Source: Octopus sinensis (lineage: Eukaryota). From it: DNA of 64,000 nucleotides. The stretch is taken from positions 54,188,001 to 54,252,000 of the forward strand of contig NC_043003.1 in NCBI RefSeq assembly GCF_006345805.1, given 5' to 3'. The translations under genes were made by a program, and so were the position numbers. The stretch's first letter is position 1. Every line of letters starts with the position of its first letter. Positions 39,445 through 54,350 of the stretch are shown piece by piece. The notes beneath the pieces were generated by a model, which was not told the DNA's origin, made no database searches, and saw only the letters and a program-made list of their open reading frames with translations.

Positions 39445-41017
39445 GCAGGTCCCGCATGGGAAACCCACCGCCTCAGTAACTTTTTAGACACCCTGTTAAA
39501 GCCACTCCTCAAACATGTCAAAAGCTATATAAGGGACAACCTGGATATGCTCAATCACCTACCTAATACTAGAAACAAAAACACCCTACTAGTATCCTTC
39601 GATGTAGTCAACCTCTATTCCAATATTCCCCACAACCTAGGAATAGAGGCAATTCAATTCTGGCTAGAGAATCACGCCAACGAACTCCCACATCGCATCA
39701 AAAAAGAATTCGTGATAGAAGGAGTTAAATTCATCCTGGAAAATAACTTCTTCGCCTTCAAAGACAACTTCTTCCGACAAAAATCGGGGACTGCGATGGG
39801 TACGCGAATGGCCCCCTCCTTTGCCAACCTAGTCATGGGATATCTAGAAATCAGTCTGTATCGTAAGGTTCTAGAAATATATGGCAGCCCTTTCTCCCTC
39901 TACATAGAAAACAAATGGAAGAAATACCTAGATGACTGTTTCATTCTTTGGCATGAAAATATAGAGAAACTCAAAGAATTCCAAGCAATTTTAAATGGAC
40001 TGAAGGTAAACATCCAATTCACGATGGAATATAGCCAGCAAAAACTCCCCTTCCTCGACATCCTCATTAAGAAATCTAATAATGTAATAGAAACAGATAT
40101 ATACTATAAGCGTACAGATTCTAAGCAATATCTTCCATTCAATTCATGTCACCCCAGACACACCAGAATGAATATCTCCTTCAATCTAGCAAAAAGGATA
40201 TGTACTATAGTTTCTAATGCAAACACCAGAGACACACGACTACAAGAACTAAAAGATACCCTCATCACCAGGAACTACCCACCTCAACAAATCAAAAGTT
40301 GATTTGCATTCAACGTGCCCTTCAACTCAACATCCAGGAACTGAGACATCCCAAATTAAAGAAATATTTACGACCAAAAGCCTTACCATACATCTCCACA
40401 CACAACCCTCTCAACAATGAAGCCTTCGACACCATCCTCCAAAACATACCCCTGCTAAAAAAAGACCACAGAATGAACATAATCCTCCAAACGCACACGA
40501 TCATAAAAAGCAAGAAACAGCCTAAATGAAAAGTCTCCTAACACAAGCCGGAATACGCTCATCAACACAGAAGCCGACAGTAAAAAAATGTGGAAGACCC
40601 AATTGCGGGATATGCGATTATCTAATTGAGGGATCAGAGTTCTCCTTCAAACAGGGACAACGGTTCACAGTGAAAAGCAACTTCACATGTGCTTCGGAGA
40701 AACTGATATACACACTAACCTGCTCTGGGTGTCAAGAGCAATACATAGGCCAAACAAAAAATAGTTTGCGTAAAAGAATGGCCCTGCACAGACCCCAGAT
40801 AAAAATTCCCCCAAACAGAAAAATAGCATTCAGCCAACACATAGATATTTGCGCCAAGAACAAAACACCAAGCTTCAGGATTTTCCCCCTCTACCAATTC
40901 AGGGACGATACATCCTCGAGCCAACGAATAAGTAAAGAAACTCTCTTCATTACAAAACACAGGCCCCTTCTGAACGGGTCTACGACAAACGATATATCCA
41001 CCTCGGCTTTAGAATAA
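39445..41017 (+). mobile_element. 5'-truncated Penelope-like element: RT plus GIY-YIG, broken by two -1 frameshifts
   Basis: LAGPAWETHRLSNFLD; LVSFDVVNLYSNIP; QKSGTAMGTRMAPSFANLVMG; KYLDDCF; LPFLDI; SCHPRHT; CGRPNCGICD; LIYTLTCSGCQEQYIGQT; E..FI...RPLLN. Confidence 0.95.
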
Positions 41018-41149
41018 CACAAATACACACGCAAGTATTACATTCCTAAGAATCCATTAAAAATCAGCCCCAATCACAGCTATAACCCAAAACGTGCCAA
41101 CTTTAAGTCATACAACACCTCACTACTTCCACTCATTCATATTCTCCCT

Positions 41150-41287
41150 TCTCTTTCTTCTTCTTCTTCTTCTTCTTCTTCTTCTTCTTCTTCTTCTTCT
41201 TCTTCTTCTTCTTCTTCTTCTTCTTCTTCATCATCATCATCATCATCATCGTCATCATCATCCTCATTATCATCATCATCATTATCA

Positions 41288-41322
<35 letters not shown>

Positions 41323-41393
41323 TTCTTCTTCATCAGCATCATCATCATCTTTCTTCTTCTTCTTCTTCTTCTTCTTTATCTTCTTCTTTTTCT

Positions 41394-41426
<33 letters not shown>

Positions 41427-41435
41427 CCCCCTTCT
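41150..41435. repeat. (TTC)n/(CAT)n compound microsatellite in the Penelope 3' region
   Basis: Direct reading. Confidence 0.95.
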
Positions 41436-41825
41436 ACTTCATAACTTTATCACTAATGCTTTTTAGTATAACACCTACGCAAATTCTATAAGCAAACCTT
41501 TCAATAGAAATATTTTCATGAATTGAGCAGCAACTGCTAGCCACTGACCACTCAAAATACGACTATCAAGGCACTCCCAATTTCTTTCCCCCCCTTTTCC
41601 TCATCCTTCTTCTTCTTCCCTACCAAGAATTCACAACGACCTCGAACCTACAAGTGTAAACAAGAGAGACAGAGAAAGGCAGGAACAAGGAAAATGCCAC
41701 TTATATTTGAACACTAAATTTAATTATTTAATCGTTACAGTTGAAAAGGTCTCAAAATGACTGAAACCGGTAGAAATGTTCTTTATAAAATTATTTTAGC
41801 ATTTTCTATCTTGACTTGTTTTTTC

Positions 41826-41891
<66 letters not shown>

Positions 41892-42068
41892 GTGTGTCTG
41901 TGTTTGTCGCCTACTGCCACTTGACAACCGGTGCTGGTGTGTTTCCGTCCTAGTAAATTAGTGGTTCTAAAAAAAAATAAGTACCAGGCTCAAAAAGTAC
42001 TGCAGTCGATTCATTCGTCTAAAATTCTTCAGGGCGGGCCTCAACATGGTCGCAGTCTGGTGGCTGAA

Positions 42069-42820
42069 AAGGCAGCGAGCTGGCTGAAGCGTTAGCACGC
42101 CAGGTGAAATGCTTAGCAGTATTTCATCTGTCTTTACCTTCTGAGTTCAAATTACGCCGAGGTCGACTTTGCCTTTCATTCTTTCGGGGGGCGATAAATT
42201 AAGTACCAGTTGCGTTCTGGGGTTAATCTAATCGAGTGGCCCCTCCCCCAAAATTTCAGGCCTTGTGCCTAGAGTAGAAAAGTCTGGTGAATGAAGTAAA
42301 AAAAAAAAATAAACAATAAAATAATACATCTGCGTCGAAGTAGATGTGTCGCTAAGATGATTTTTATTATCATTATTTTCTCTTGTAACCACGTTCTTTC
42401 GGGTTCAATCCCAGTACACTGCAACTTCGGCAAATTCCTACGGCAATAAATTAGAATTATAAATGAAATTTGATAGAAGAACGCTGCCGGAACAGCTTTA
42501 ATTGATGCAATGTGGATCCTCCTCCTTTTTCATTCGACATGCATAGGGACGCTGTAAGTATCAATGGCGTTGCTTAAATTGCCTTAGTCACACGGAAAAG
42601 AATATTCTTGTCTACTCTAGGCACAAGGTTCGAAATCTGAGGGAAGGGGGCCAGTCGATTAGATCGACCTCAGTACACAACTGGTACCTAACTTATCGAC
42701 CCCGTAAGGGATGAAAGGCAATGTCAACCTGGGGGGAATTTGAACTCAGGACATAGCGACGGGCGAAATACCGGTAACCATTTCGTCCAGGGTGCTAACG
42801 TTTCTGCCAGCTCACCACCT
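42069..42820. mobile_element. Convergent SINE family B pair (42069-42290 plus; 42600-42820 minus)
   Basis: The plus copy starts ggcagcgagctggctgaagcgttagcac; the minus copy ends gctaacgtttctgccagctcacc. Confidence 0.85.
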
Positions 42821-42854
42821 TAATAATAATAACAACAACAATAAAAAAAATAAT

Positions 42855-43440
42855 AAATGCCCAGATTCAGTACCAGGCAGTGATTCTCATGGGTTCTGAT
42901 CTTAACTGATTGGAAGTGTTATCATGTACATTGTTTTGTCTTGGTATAAAAGATGGGTTACAGCAAATATTCTGCTCAATACCACAGACTTGCTTGTCAG
43001 TTGTTTGACCTTAACCAGTTGAGCATGTCCTCTAGTGGCTGACGATATGTGCATCTCTGATCATGAGCAGAAGTAGTGGGAGAGCATCATAGCCATGTGT
43101 TGAGAGGGATTCTTTGGGGTTTGAATAATTCACCTCTGGAAACATGGGTGTTTCGTTCAACATCCTTAACCACCTTTATTCAGGGACCTTTTGAGCGGGA
43201 TGGGTTACGCGATCAGAAGAAAATTCTAACTGGACTCTACCTGCAAGATCATGTGCTGTTTATCTTGATATAAGATCACCATGTCGCGCACAAATGGTTG
43301 TGATGCATGTGCCTAGTGTACCCTTATCAGACAGGTAGTCATGATGGGTATACTGGGCTTCGTATATTTTACCACAGTGTCACTTTGATGGCATGCACTG
43401 CTTTCTCACTCAATAATAATAATAATCATTAATATTATTA
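42855..43440 (+). mobile_element. Retroelement 3' segment ending in an (AAT)n tail
   Basis: Non-low-complexity ~570-bp block ending ...gcactgctttctcactc(aat)n, which I recognise as a common octopus repeat. Family not assigned. Confidence 0.55.
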
Positions 43441-43449
43441 TCATTATTT

Positions 43450-43835
43450 CTACTGGAAGCACAAGGCCTCAAATTTGGGGGAAGGGATTAAGTGGATTAC
43501 ATCGACTCCAGTGCGTAACTGGTACTTAATTTATCGATCCCGAAGGATGAAAGCCAAAGTTGACCCCGGTGGCATTTGAACTCAGAACGTGAAAATAGAT
43601 GAAATACCTATTACTTTACTACCCACAAGGGGCTAAACACAGAGAGGACAAAAAAGGACAGACAAACGGATTAAGTCGATTACATCGACCCAGTGCGTGA
43701 CTGATTCTTATTTAATCGACCCCGAAAGGATGAAAGGCAAAGTCAACCTCGGCGGAATTTGAACTCAGAACGTAGCGGCAGACGAAATACCGGTAAGCAT
43801 TTCGTCCATCGTGCTAACGATTCTGCCAGCTCGCC
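43450..43835 (-). mobile_element. Dimeric SINE family B, followed by (TAC)n at 43838-43903
   Basis: Two body segments joined at gaaatacctattactttactacccacaagg. Confidence 0.85.
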
Positions 43836-43836
43836 A

Positions 43837-43904
<68 letters not shown>

Positions 43905-45609
43905 ATTTCTTTTTTACAAACTGTTCAACTGTTATATACAAAGTTATTTCTATGCATTCGGTTTTACACATTTTTTACGTACATTACCGAATGATATCAA
44001 ATCGATACAAGATGTTACGTGTCTTTGATATTGATTTTTTTTCGATATCCGGTATGTAAATTATTTACATCACTTTATCTTTATTATTTGTTGTTTTCCT
44101 TTTTCTTTTAAACAATTTTTGTTCTTTCTAATCTTTATTTGTTTCGTTTTTTTTTTTTTTTGCTGTGAATGTTAGCATGCCTGAAAGTTAACTTCGCCAG
44201 ATTTGGAGAGCTAGTCAGTCAGACATGATTTTGCTTGTAAAAATTTACTTTGAAAACGATGAAAAAACTTTTTTACATTCTTCACTATACAAATGCAAGA
44301 ACTTCGAGGGTTTTTTTTCTTCTTATTTTAAAAGAAGAAACTATAATACATTCATTTGTTTCTGTTGCCATTTTCGAAGGTAAAAATCTCCGAAATATAC
44401 ATTTTGTTCGTGTAGATACGGTGATATAGCGAGAAAGTAGGCTACAAGTTTGAACTGTGTAAAGAGAGCACATCAAACTGCGATCAGTTTCATGGTTAAA
44501 AAACTAACAGAAGAATCAATATTATAAACAAGTCATTGCTTCTCTATAAGTTTTAAATTTAGATTTCAATTTCCTCTGTAGTCAACATCTTCAATTCCTT
44601 ACTCGATAAAATAATTATCAGTTAAGCTCTGGGGTTGATTTCAAATATGCCGAACTTCGAAAACTGAAACTCCATACCTATGTTAGGAATCAATATTATT
44701 AAGAAATCATCAACGTTCTGTTTTCAAATCCTGCCGAAATCAATTTTAACTTTAATCGTTCCCGGGTCGATAAAATAACGTAACAGTAAAGTATTGAGAT
44801 CGATATATTTCACTATAGCCTCTGGCAAATATGTGTGATCACGTGAGTATATTAGAAATTAATTTTATTGGAAAATCATTAGTTTCATTGTTGCCGTTTT
44901 TCTATTCTTCGAAAAATCGAATATATTGTGTTTTAAGTACTTATGAGGAGCCATTGATGTGTAACAGTTGAAATGTTGACTTTCTTTTAAGAATGACTTT
45001 CAAAAGAGCAATATTTCTACGATTGTATTTTAGTAAATAAATCGATTTTTTTTCTAGTATTGATTTTTGCAATTTTTTAAAGTTGGCATTGTAACTGATA
45101 AACAGAAAAATTGGAAAAAAGCTTTCAAAGAAGATGATAAAGGGTTATGAATATCCATATGTATTTAATCTCACTGTGAAATTAGGCACACTAGAGCTTT
45201 TCCAACAACATGGAAATCAAGCCAAACGGTTTCCTTTCACGGCAAGCTATTTATTAAAATGTAAACAAATGTTGTGAGTGGCACATTTCGTTTGAAAATG
45301 AGAAAAATATATATAACTACAATGTCAGTCTTGAGCCATTATATTGACGTGAACAAAGAAGTGGATTTCTCTCGGTTCGATGATCAGTATTTCAGTTGTT
45401 AAAAAGTGCCATTATGTAAATGAGTTATATCAGTCACAAATTTTATTTATATTTTATCATAAAGGTTTTTATTACTATCTATAGTGTGTGCGAGAAAATG
45501 GAGAAAATATTGATTGCTAAATAAATTATCGTCAAAATACTAAGTTCTACTTTCATGCACCTGGAAAGGGCTCACCCACGCATATGTTGACATTGATATA
45601 TATATATAT

Positions 45610-45679
<70 letters not shown>

Positions 45680-46429
45680 GTATGTATGTGTGTGTGTGTG
45701 TGTGTTTTAGACGAAGTTTTTTAGTATTTGAAGCTTTAATTAATAGTTCAAAGAAATTACATTTATTCAGCAAAATATATCCCATCATATTGTGTTGTCT
45801 GTTGCCATGGTTTTGTTAGGAACTCAATTCTACGCTTATAACATTTGACTGGTTTAGAGGCAAAACATCTCCCTGCAGCCTTTTCTTAACTATTATCCAT
45901 ATTGTTGAGTTTCCGTTCTGTAATTTGATGTTACAAAGTCTGGACTGTAGAAAGGGTGAATCAGCTCTACCAGCCATTCAATTTTCTAAGTTTGTGCTTG
46001 GTCACATTAGTAATGTGTTCTGGGGCATTGTAATGCTGTAGAAGAGCGCGTCTTCGATTAACCAACGTCTTGTAATGGGCTTTCAAAGCATCATATACTC
46101 GCTGCAGTTGTTGAGCATCCACAGGAACACCATCTGGAACAAACTCCTTCGAAGTTCCACCATAGTACAACATGAACTTCAGTCCAAACCGCCCTTGTTT
46201 GACAACAGGTTCTGGAGCCCGACCGTAAAGAAATCAGTGATTTCTCTTAGTGGGATTACGAAACTATATCCATTTTCCATCCCCAGTTCATGAAGAGTGT
46301 CTCAACAGCGTCAGTTTAGAAGAACGAACTTATAAATATGTCTATTGATGAGGCCTTGTGAATGACCAATTCGTGCTTGTGCTTGGCTGTTGTTCACCAT
46401 TTCAAACAATACCTGATCTTCTTCAAAAA

Positions 46430-46800
46430 GTCTCTCCCACCTCCCAAATCCAGGCATTTGAGCGCAAGTGCTTCAAAAGGCTATTACCCATCCCACACAC
46501 AGAACACAAAAGGGACAGCTTCGTCGGACAAGTAGTCAACAAATATGCTGGCAAACAGGAATCACTCTTTGCGCTGGTAAAAGTACGAAAATTTGCCTGG
46601 TATGGTTACCTATTCTACCACAACTCGCCGCTCAAGACACAGTTAAGCGAGGGCGAAAGAAAGGCAGAGAAAGAAAATCCTGGTTTCACATCAAGGACCG
46701 AACAGGTTACGACACAGCGAAGCTGATACGCATGAGAGAGAACAGCAACAGCTGAGTATGAAGCCGTCGAGGGTAGTAATCAAACGACTGGCTGCATCAG
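46430..46800 (+). mobile_element. RTE-like LINE 3' fragment
   Basis: IQAFERKCFKRLL.I...EHK; QESLFALVKVRKFAWYGY...HNSPLKT, matching the post-RT region of LINEs. Confidence 0.7.
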
Positions 46801-47144
46801 TTAACGGATCTTGATGTATGTATGTATGTATGTATGTATGTAGGTATGCATGTATGTATGTATGTATGTATGTATGTATGTATGTATGTATGTATAACCA
46901 CGTAGTCATGAGCTTGTGAAGTGAATATTTTACTTCGCGGCAAATCGGGCGAGTGACTTCACATACATTGGCTTCTCTTAAACCAATGGCTTGTGAGTGA
47001 ATGCAAATAGAAGAAACTGTATTTAAGTCAGTTGTATCTCTCTCTCGCTTCCTTATTTCTCTCTTTCTGTCTTTCTCTCTCTATATATACATATCATACA
47101 CACACACACACACACACTCATACATACATACATACATACATACA

Positions 47145-47178
<34 letters not shown>

Positions 47179-47181
47179 CAT

Positions 47182-47263
<82 letters not shown>

Positions 47264-48019
47264 ATGGACATAGGTATGCATGCGTTTATGCATGTGTCTC
47301 TGCGTAAGAGCTTGTGAATGTGCATTGTCGTGCTAGACCACCCGTTTCTTGACAACTAACATTGCTTCGTTTATCTCCTCGTTAGTTCAGTAGTTCAGCA
47401 TAGAGAAACGAATACAATAACAAACTTAAAATACGTACTGAGATCAATGTCTTCGGTTAAGCCATTGAAACCATTCTCTCAGTATTGGAATCAAGATATG
47501 TATAAAAGATTCGACGCTCCGGATTAGAAGTTATCTCAGTGGTGTATGTTTGCTCATGTTAGAAGATTTCCTATCTCTTTCACCGTCAGAAAACACTGAA
47601 ACACCGTCAAAAAATACTTCGTTGGAAAATTTTAACTAAAGCTGTTTTTGTTCACCAAATACGACGTATAATTTTAATAAGATATAGATTTAATAAATTA
47701 TAGTAAAGATCAGAAGAGGTCCCAAGATGTGTGACGAAAGAACTGACATATTAAAATTAAATTAAAAATAATTAAAATTTGTGTGGCGTGGGTTTCACTC
47801 TATATGGGTTCCGTGATATTCGGAAAATCTTGTAAAATCTTCACAACAAATCTTAACAACAAAATATAAAGGGGAGCCAACGAATAGATTCCCTTCCTAA
47901 TTGCGGTTGTTAATGCTAATTACTCAGTTTAGAAAGCTTATGATAAAAAGTACTTCGTCCGCGAATACTGCCACTCTTGTTTGTGTTTCTTTCTTTCCTT
48001 CTTTGTTTGTTTGTGTGTT

Positions 48020-48142
<123 letters not shown>

Positions 48143-49015
48143 ATGACTACATCTAGAACTATATAAACAAATTTGTCATTTTGTTATGTTCTTGAGACTA
48201 CAAGATGTAATTTTGGTGCTATTTGACTGTTATTTTTAGCATTTGTAACTGTCATGCGGCGGCTCTTTTGTTGGTTCGTGGTTTTAAACATTTGATAAAG
48301 AAGCCATAATGCCATCGAATGCAAACAAACAGCACTGTGACATATGATAAAATCAATTGACTATTCCATACACAAAATATAGATAATCTTAAAAGTAAAA
48401 TAAGATTTAATCCGTTTCAACTTTCTTTTTTAATACAAATTTGAATGAATACACTGTAACTGGCTTATCTATATGACGATGTAATTAATTCAAAAATTTA
48501 TGGGTTTCTGTTTTAAACATATTTATTAGCATTTAAATCACAACGATTACCATAATACCACTTACCAGGAATTTGAGAAACATATAGGGATTTTAAGATC
48601 GATAAAGGTGGAAAAAGCACTTATAGTATCTGATTGTTGTACAACGCTCATATTTAAAAATTAAAAATATATCTATACGAAATATTGCATGAATTATAAT
48701 TACTCCTAAAAGGAGATTGATTAATATTCTACAAAAAGTAGTCATGGTTTATTTCGAACCAAGAAATTTTTTAATGTGTTTTGTATTGTTTGCAATAGAA
48801 TCTGCTCAGAATTTTACTATTTAATTGAACATTACCAGATATCACTTTATATGTGCACAATACATGATTCTATATGACAGGCTTGTATTACATGTTTTAA
48901 AAATAGAGGCAATCTTAAATGGGTTATTTGGAGACAATTCTAACATAAACACACAAATGCACACATGCACATGCGCACATAAAACAGAAATACCTTTACA
49001 TTCTAACATTTACAG

Positions 49016-49077
49016 CTTCCCTCAGGCTAACAAGATCAACAGCGTTATATCCAACGGGTAATGGTAATATCACCCAG
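49016..49077 (+). CDS. Candidate 62-nt internal exon of an unidentified host gene (SLRLTRSTALYPTGNGNITQ)
   Basis: Branch-like TCTAAC, then ATTTACAG acceptor, and CAG|GTAAAT donor. Only one of three frames is open. No partner exons were identified. Confidence 0.4.
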
Positions 49078-49480
49078 GTAAATATGCTTTCGGAAATTTC
49101 CAAGTAAATTTGGGATACGCATGATTTTATTTTTATTTCCAAATAATGTTGGAGAACCTCATTCTTTGGAGCATTTATTTTCCTTTCGTATTTCTACTGA
49201 CCGAACATCTTGCGTTAACATTCACTCTTTCACTTCACCTTATCTCACTTTCCTTCTGTTGCTCACTTTTCTAATATCACTCATTCTACGACTATCACTC
49301 GTTCTAACTGTCTCTCAATCTCTCTCTAAACATCCCTCACTTTATCTCTATATATTTCCATCATTATCAAGTGTGACAGCAATATTCATGCAACTACTTC
49401 AATACAATTGATTCTGACATGTTTGAAAATTTATTAAATAGCTACTACACACACAAATATACAAATACATACATACGTAA

Positions 49481-49551
<71 letters not shown>

Positions 49552-51247
49552 CATACAAATACCAATGGCCTCATGCAAAGAAACTCACAAATTTTCAATC
49601 CTAGTTTCTAAAATTTTGGCAATACGTCCTGACAAATGCAGATGAACTATCAGTATTATAGAAATTACGATTTAACTATTGTGATGTCAATTTACATAAA
49701 ACCTTTGGCATCCGGCTAACAGCATCAACTACTAATTCCTTTTTTTTCTCTCTCTTTCTCTGTCTCTTTCTCTTTAAAAACAGACAGACACTTATGTATA
49801 CCCTCACACGTGCATATACATTTACGTGTTTGTGTTTATGTATGTAAGTATGTATGCATTATGTATGTGTGTGTATATGTATGTGGCTATTAATGATTTT
49901 AGGATCTAACGCTCCAAGCGCCCACGATTCTTCTAGTGAGTTTCCGTTCTATTATTATTTGTTATATTCCATTGTGATCTAATTCGCGCCAATCTTCTCG
50001 CTTGAAGATTCCAGTTTACATATTAATCTTTCTTTGACAATCTACTCACACTACCTCCATCTCAGATTAGTCGACTTTTTTCCCGCCTTTTTCTACATTG
50101 AAATGTTGGTATTCATGCTTTGAATATTGATATTTTAAACATGATATTAAATATTGACCTGCATATGGTCGCCTGATGATTTGGTTTTTATTGTATAATG
50201 ATGTATTGATTAATCTTAAAGATGTTGCATGTGTTACATGACTGAGTGTACGACGGATGTTACGTCATATCAAAATCTCCGAACGAACAATTCTAGCGAT
50301 ACTGTATAATCCATCCGTCTGTCATTTCATAATTATATTACGCCATGCTGAAAGTTCCACTCTGCCTTGGATACCTTAGATATGCTTGGAATTACGACTC
50401 ACTAAACACAAGCAACTTTACTTCATTGTTGAATCTTTCACTATTGGAATGGATTGTTTTATCTGTAGATTTGTGTCATACTCTCTAACCATCAAGTGTG
50501 GTTTCCTTGACTTTTATATGCCTCGATCTTTAAATAGATACCTTTCAATCAGTATTTCCCCCATACATACGTACATACATACATTGATGGAGTAAGGGCA
50601 GCTGCAGATATAGTGAAAGGGGTCCTCAATCTGTCACGCAATTTACATGGCAACTGGGAGTTGAGTGCAACGTTTCCGGCACTAAAAGCCTAAAGCGACA
50701 GTATAGGCAAGTTAATCGTGACTGACAGAGCCAGTTATGATGCAAGAATGATAGATTTCTTCCAAGGAAACTGTTAGTGCGGGAGATAGACTCGGTTTAA
50801 GAAGCCGAAACACCAGCAATGGTAGAGGATGAAAAGAGCGCTCTTAAGACGTTCTGATGGATAAACGAATGGATGAATTTGGATGGATGAAAACACAAAC
50901 AGATAATCAACTGAAGGCAACAAGCAAAGCAAACATTACAATCAGACAATCAGAGTTATACTGTCAGGAAGACAGACAGTTAGCCAGGTATGTATGTAGG
51001 TATGATGGTAGGAAGGTATGTAGTTAGGTTAAGTAGGTTGACAAAGAGGTAAACGAAAACCAGTGCAAATGAATGAAAATAGAGACGTAGCTACGAAGAG
51101 ATATAACCGCGTAGAAATTTGGCATTTTAATCTCGATTTCTTGTAACTGGCATTATCTCGATAATCTTAGCTAGGATGTCTTAAAATCTATTCACATACA
51201 CATATATAATCATACTGACATACACATAAATAGACACACATACACAC

Positions 51248-51286
<39 letters not shown>

Positions 51287-52124
51287 TATGTGCTTGTGTG
51301 ACTGTGTGTGACTGTGTGTATGTGTGTGTGTGTGTGTGAGAGAGAGAGATGGGGAGAAGAGGATGAAGAGAGAGCGCGAGGATATTTTTATTTATGTCCA
51401 AGTGAACTTTTACAATGGTGTTTTCGTGTTTGCATGTCTATCTGTATGCGTCTCCTCCACACGTCTTTTCACCTGTATCTATGCGTATGCATATGTAAAT
51501 AGCGTATGCCTTCCCCGTCACTCTTCTCTCTCGGTCCTTCTATTCTCGCTCTAATTTCTATTTTGTTTTATTTACTTACTTTTGCTTCTTATCTTTTTCT
51601 TTGAGATTTTATTCTCTTCTACATCACTTCAGTGGTTTCACCAATTCATTCATGCATGAAATTTTAGCTCAATGTCTCTAAGGTATAAAATCAAACAACA
51701 CTTATACTAAGAGAATGAATAGAATATTCTACTCAGACAAGATGAAGCCATTTTCGTTTACTTTTCATTATTTCTTTATTTTTATTTTTATTTCTGCCTT
51801 TTACATCCTGCTGGCGACAATTCAGTTTCTAGTGAAAACTATAGAGTTCATGCCATGTGTCAACGTGGTTTTAGGAGAATTGCTGTGGTTTTCTTTCTAT
51901 TTGGTTTAATCTTTTTATATTTTGAAGAAATTCAGCTATGTTTTTATCCTTATTTAATGTTTTTCCTCATTGACGAAACAATACCAAATGTATGAAACAT
52001 GAATATATGTATGACTGCATGCGGTACATGTATATTTTAACACTAAATTCTATTTGCAATTTATATTACAGCCTTATCTCTCTCTCACTCTCTCTCTCTC
52101 TCACTCTCTCTCTCTCTATCTATA

Positions 52125-52202
<78 letters not shown>

Positions 52203-52319
52203 AGTACGTACGTACGTACGTACCTACCTACCTGCCTACCTACCTACATAACTACCTACCCATCTGTCTGTCTGTCTGTCTGCCTATCTATCTGTCTATT
52301 TATCTATCTATCGGTACAT

Positions 52320-52485
52320 AAATCAATGTTGGTGTGTTATGTTCCCGTAGCTTAGCAGTTCTGCATAAGAAACCGATAGACTAAGTACTAGGCTGACAAA
52401 TAATAAGTCCTGGGGTCGATTTGTTCGACTAAAAGCGGGACTCCAGCATGGCTGCAGTCATATGACTGAAACAAGTAAAAGAATA
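52320..52485 (+). mobile_element. SINE family A 3' half between (ATCT)n and (ATGT)n tracts
   Basis: tggtgtgttatgttcccgtagcttagc...cagcatggctgcagtcatatgactgaaacaagtaaaag. Confidence 0.85.
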
Positions 52486-52600
52486 TTGATTTATATGTAT
52501 GCGTTGTCTGAATATATATTTATGTTTGTATCTGTGCATGTACGTTTGTATGTATGTATGTATGTATGTATGTATGTATGTATGTATGTATGTATGTATG

Positions 52601-52631
<31 letters not shown>

Positions 52632-53268
52632 CTGTGTGTATGTATGTATGTGTGTATATCTGCGTGTAAGCATGTATGTGCGTATAGACATATTGGTTTG
52701 GTGTCAGCAAATCAAAATTTAATCAACGCATTTAAAGTTAGATTGCTTTATTTTGTATTTCAGAGAAACCTACAAGGTGCATGATGTTTCCTTTGCAGTG
52801 CAATGAATTAAAATTTTCATTAAAGAGGGGGAAAAACTGAGAATTTTATCATAGTTGTTAAATGCCATGAATGAAGAAAAAAATGAGCTAATTTCAATAA
52901 CTTCAAGACTGAAGTAAAACACCGAGGAAAAAATAAAAGGGGACATCTGATTCTTCGGAGCTAAAAGACAACTATGGATGCAGTGTTTTGGCATCAGTTT
53001 AGATTTATCAATATAGGATTGTCATTCTCGCTTACAATTATTTTTATAGATTTTAACATATGCACAGCGTTCCATAAATTCTTGGCCAAAGCTAATTTGC
53101 ATGATTAAAACTAAAAATTTGCCGAGGGAAAATAATTCAAAGGCACCAGTTGTAAAAGTAATATATTGAAATGGGACATGCAAAAAGCTGTACTCTATCA
53201 GTTTTAACTCAGAGGAAAACAAGAATTTACAGTTAGTAGTAATAGTAGTAGTAGTAGTAGTAGTAGTA

Positions 53269-53310
<42 letters not shown>

Positions 53311-53779
53311 CAGCAGCAGCAGCAGCAATAGTAGCAGTAGCAGGAGTAACTATAGTTGTCTTAGTAGTATTGCAGACGATACCCCATCTGATATTTCATT
53401 GGAAAATCAACCCCTGATTTTAGGTTACATCCATCAGATCATTGCCTGTAACGGAATAAAACAAGTTTTCTGTACGTCCTTAATAAACAATTATTTCAAC
53501 TAGTGGTAAAGAAATTTTTGTGATAGAAACCCCTTATAATAAATTAGCTGCATACATAGTATTGAAATTACAATCAAGCAAAGCAAACCAACAACGGTAG
53601 ATTGCTCATGTAGAAGCGCCAACTTATTCACTCTGAACCAGTCATAAATTTATGTAGGAACTATGTACGAAACATATGTCACTAAATTTCAGACATTGAG
53701 TGTAAATATTGTGGCTACACTGTTACTCCAACCATGCCTCTTCAAAAGAATGATTTTATAGACATGTCGTACCGTATTT

Positions 53780-54350
53780 TCAAATGTATCTCTTCCTTAT
53801 ACAAGATGGCAAGAATTGGATTCGAGAAAGGTCTGGCAGTTACTTTTGACAGGTTGATCGACCTTAGAGCAGCTTCCTCTTATTTCTTATGGGTATAAAT
53901 CGTACTTTTCCAGGGATTCAGTGTCATTCTATGGTACGTTATTAGCATGAAATAGTAGTATATTGTGAAAGAGGTAGACAGAAAACTGCGACCAGTGTCC
54001 ATCACATCTCCGTGACTGACAAAGTTGCAAAGACCGGGTTGATAGGGTGCCACGGTTTCGTATTGTATTATCCGGGTCTTCCAAACCCATCGTAAAAGCG
54101 TTCCAGTCATATTCTTCCCGTTTTTCCTCTCAAGATTCTTTCTCGATTTTGTATGGTACAGTGTTGTCTGAGGAAGATTTGGTTCCTATTTCTAGCAGCT
54201 TCTCAAACTACAATGGCTAGTTGAGTAATAGTTCTTTCAATGGGAATGTTGTACTCCAAGATATCGAGCCCCAGGCGGGCGATTAGATCTACCGTTTTAC
54301 GAAGGTGAGAATGAACTATATGAATTCGATGAATTTTCAGTATTGAACTA
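53780..54350 (-). mobile_element. Possible highly decayed Gypsy pol fragment (protease end to RT start)
   Basis: LGLDILEYNIPI; FYDGFGR..KP...PVFA; IPGKVRF. Many stops; weak resemblance only. Confidence 0.35.

Noticed and set aside
47708-47745. CAGAAGA-GGTC...GAC-GAAA hammerhead-like string (a similar weak one lies at ~14410-14450)
   Set aside because: The core is mutated and no stem I or stem III partner is present.
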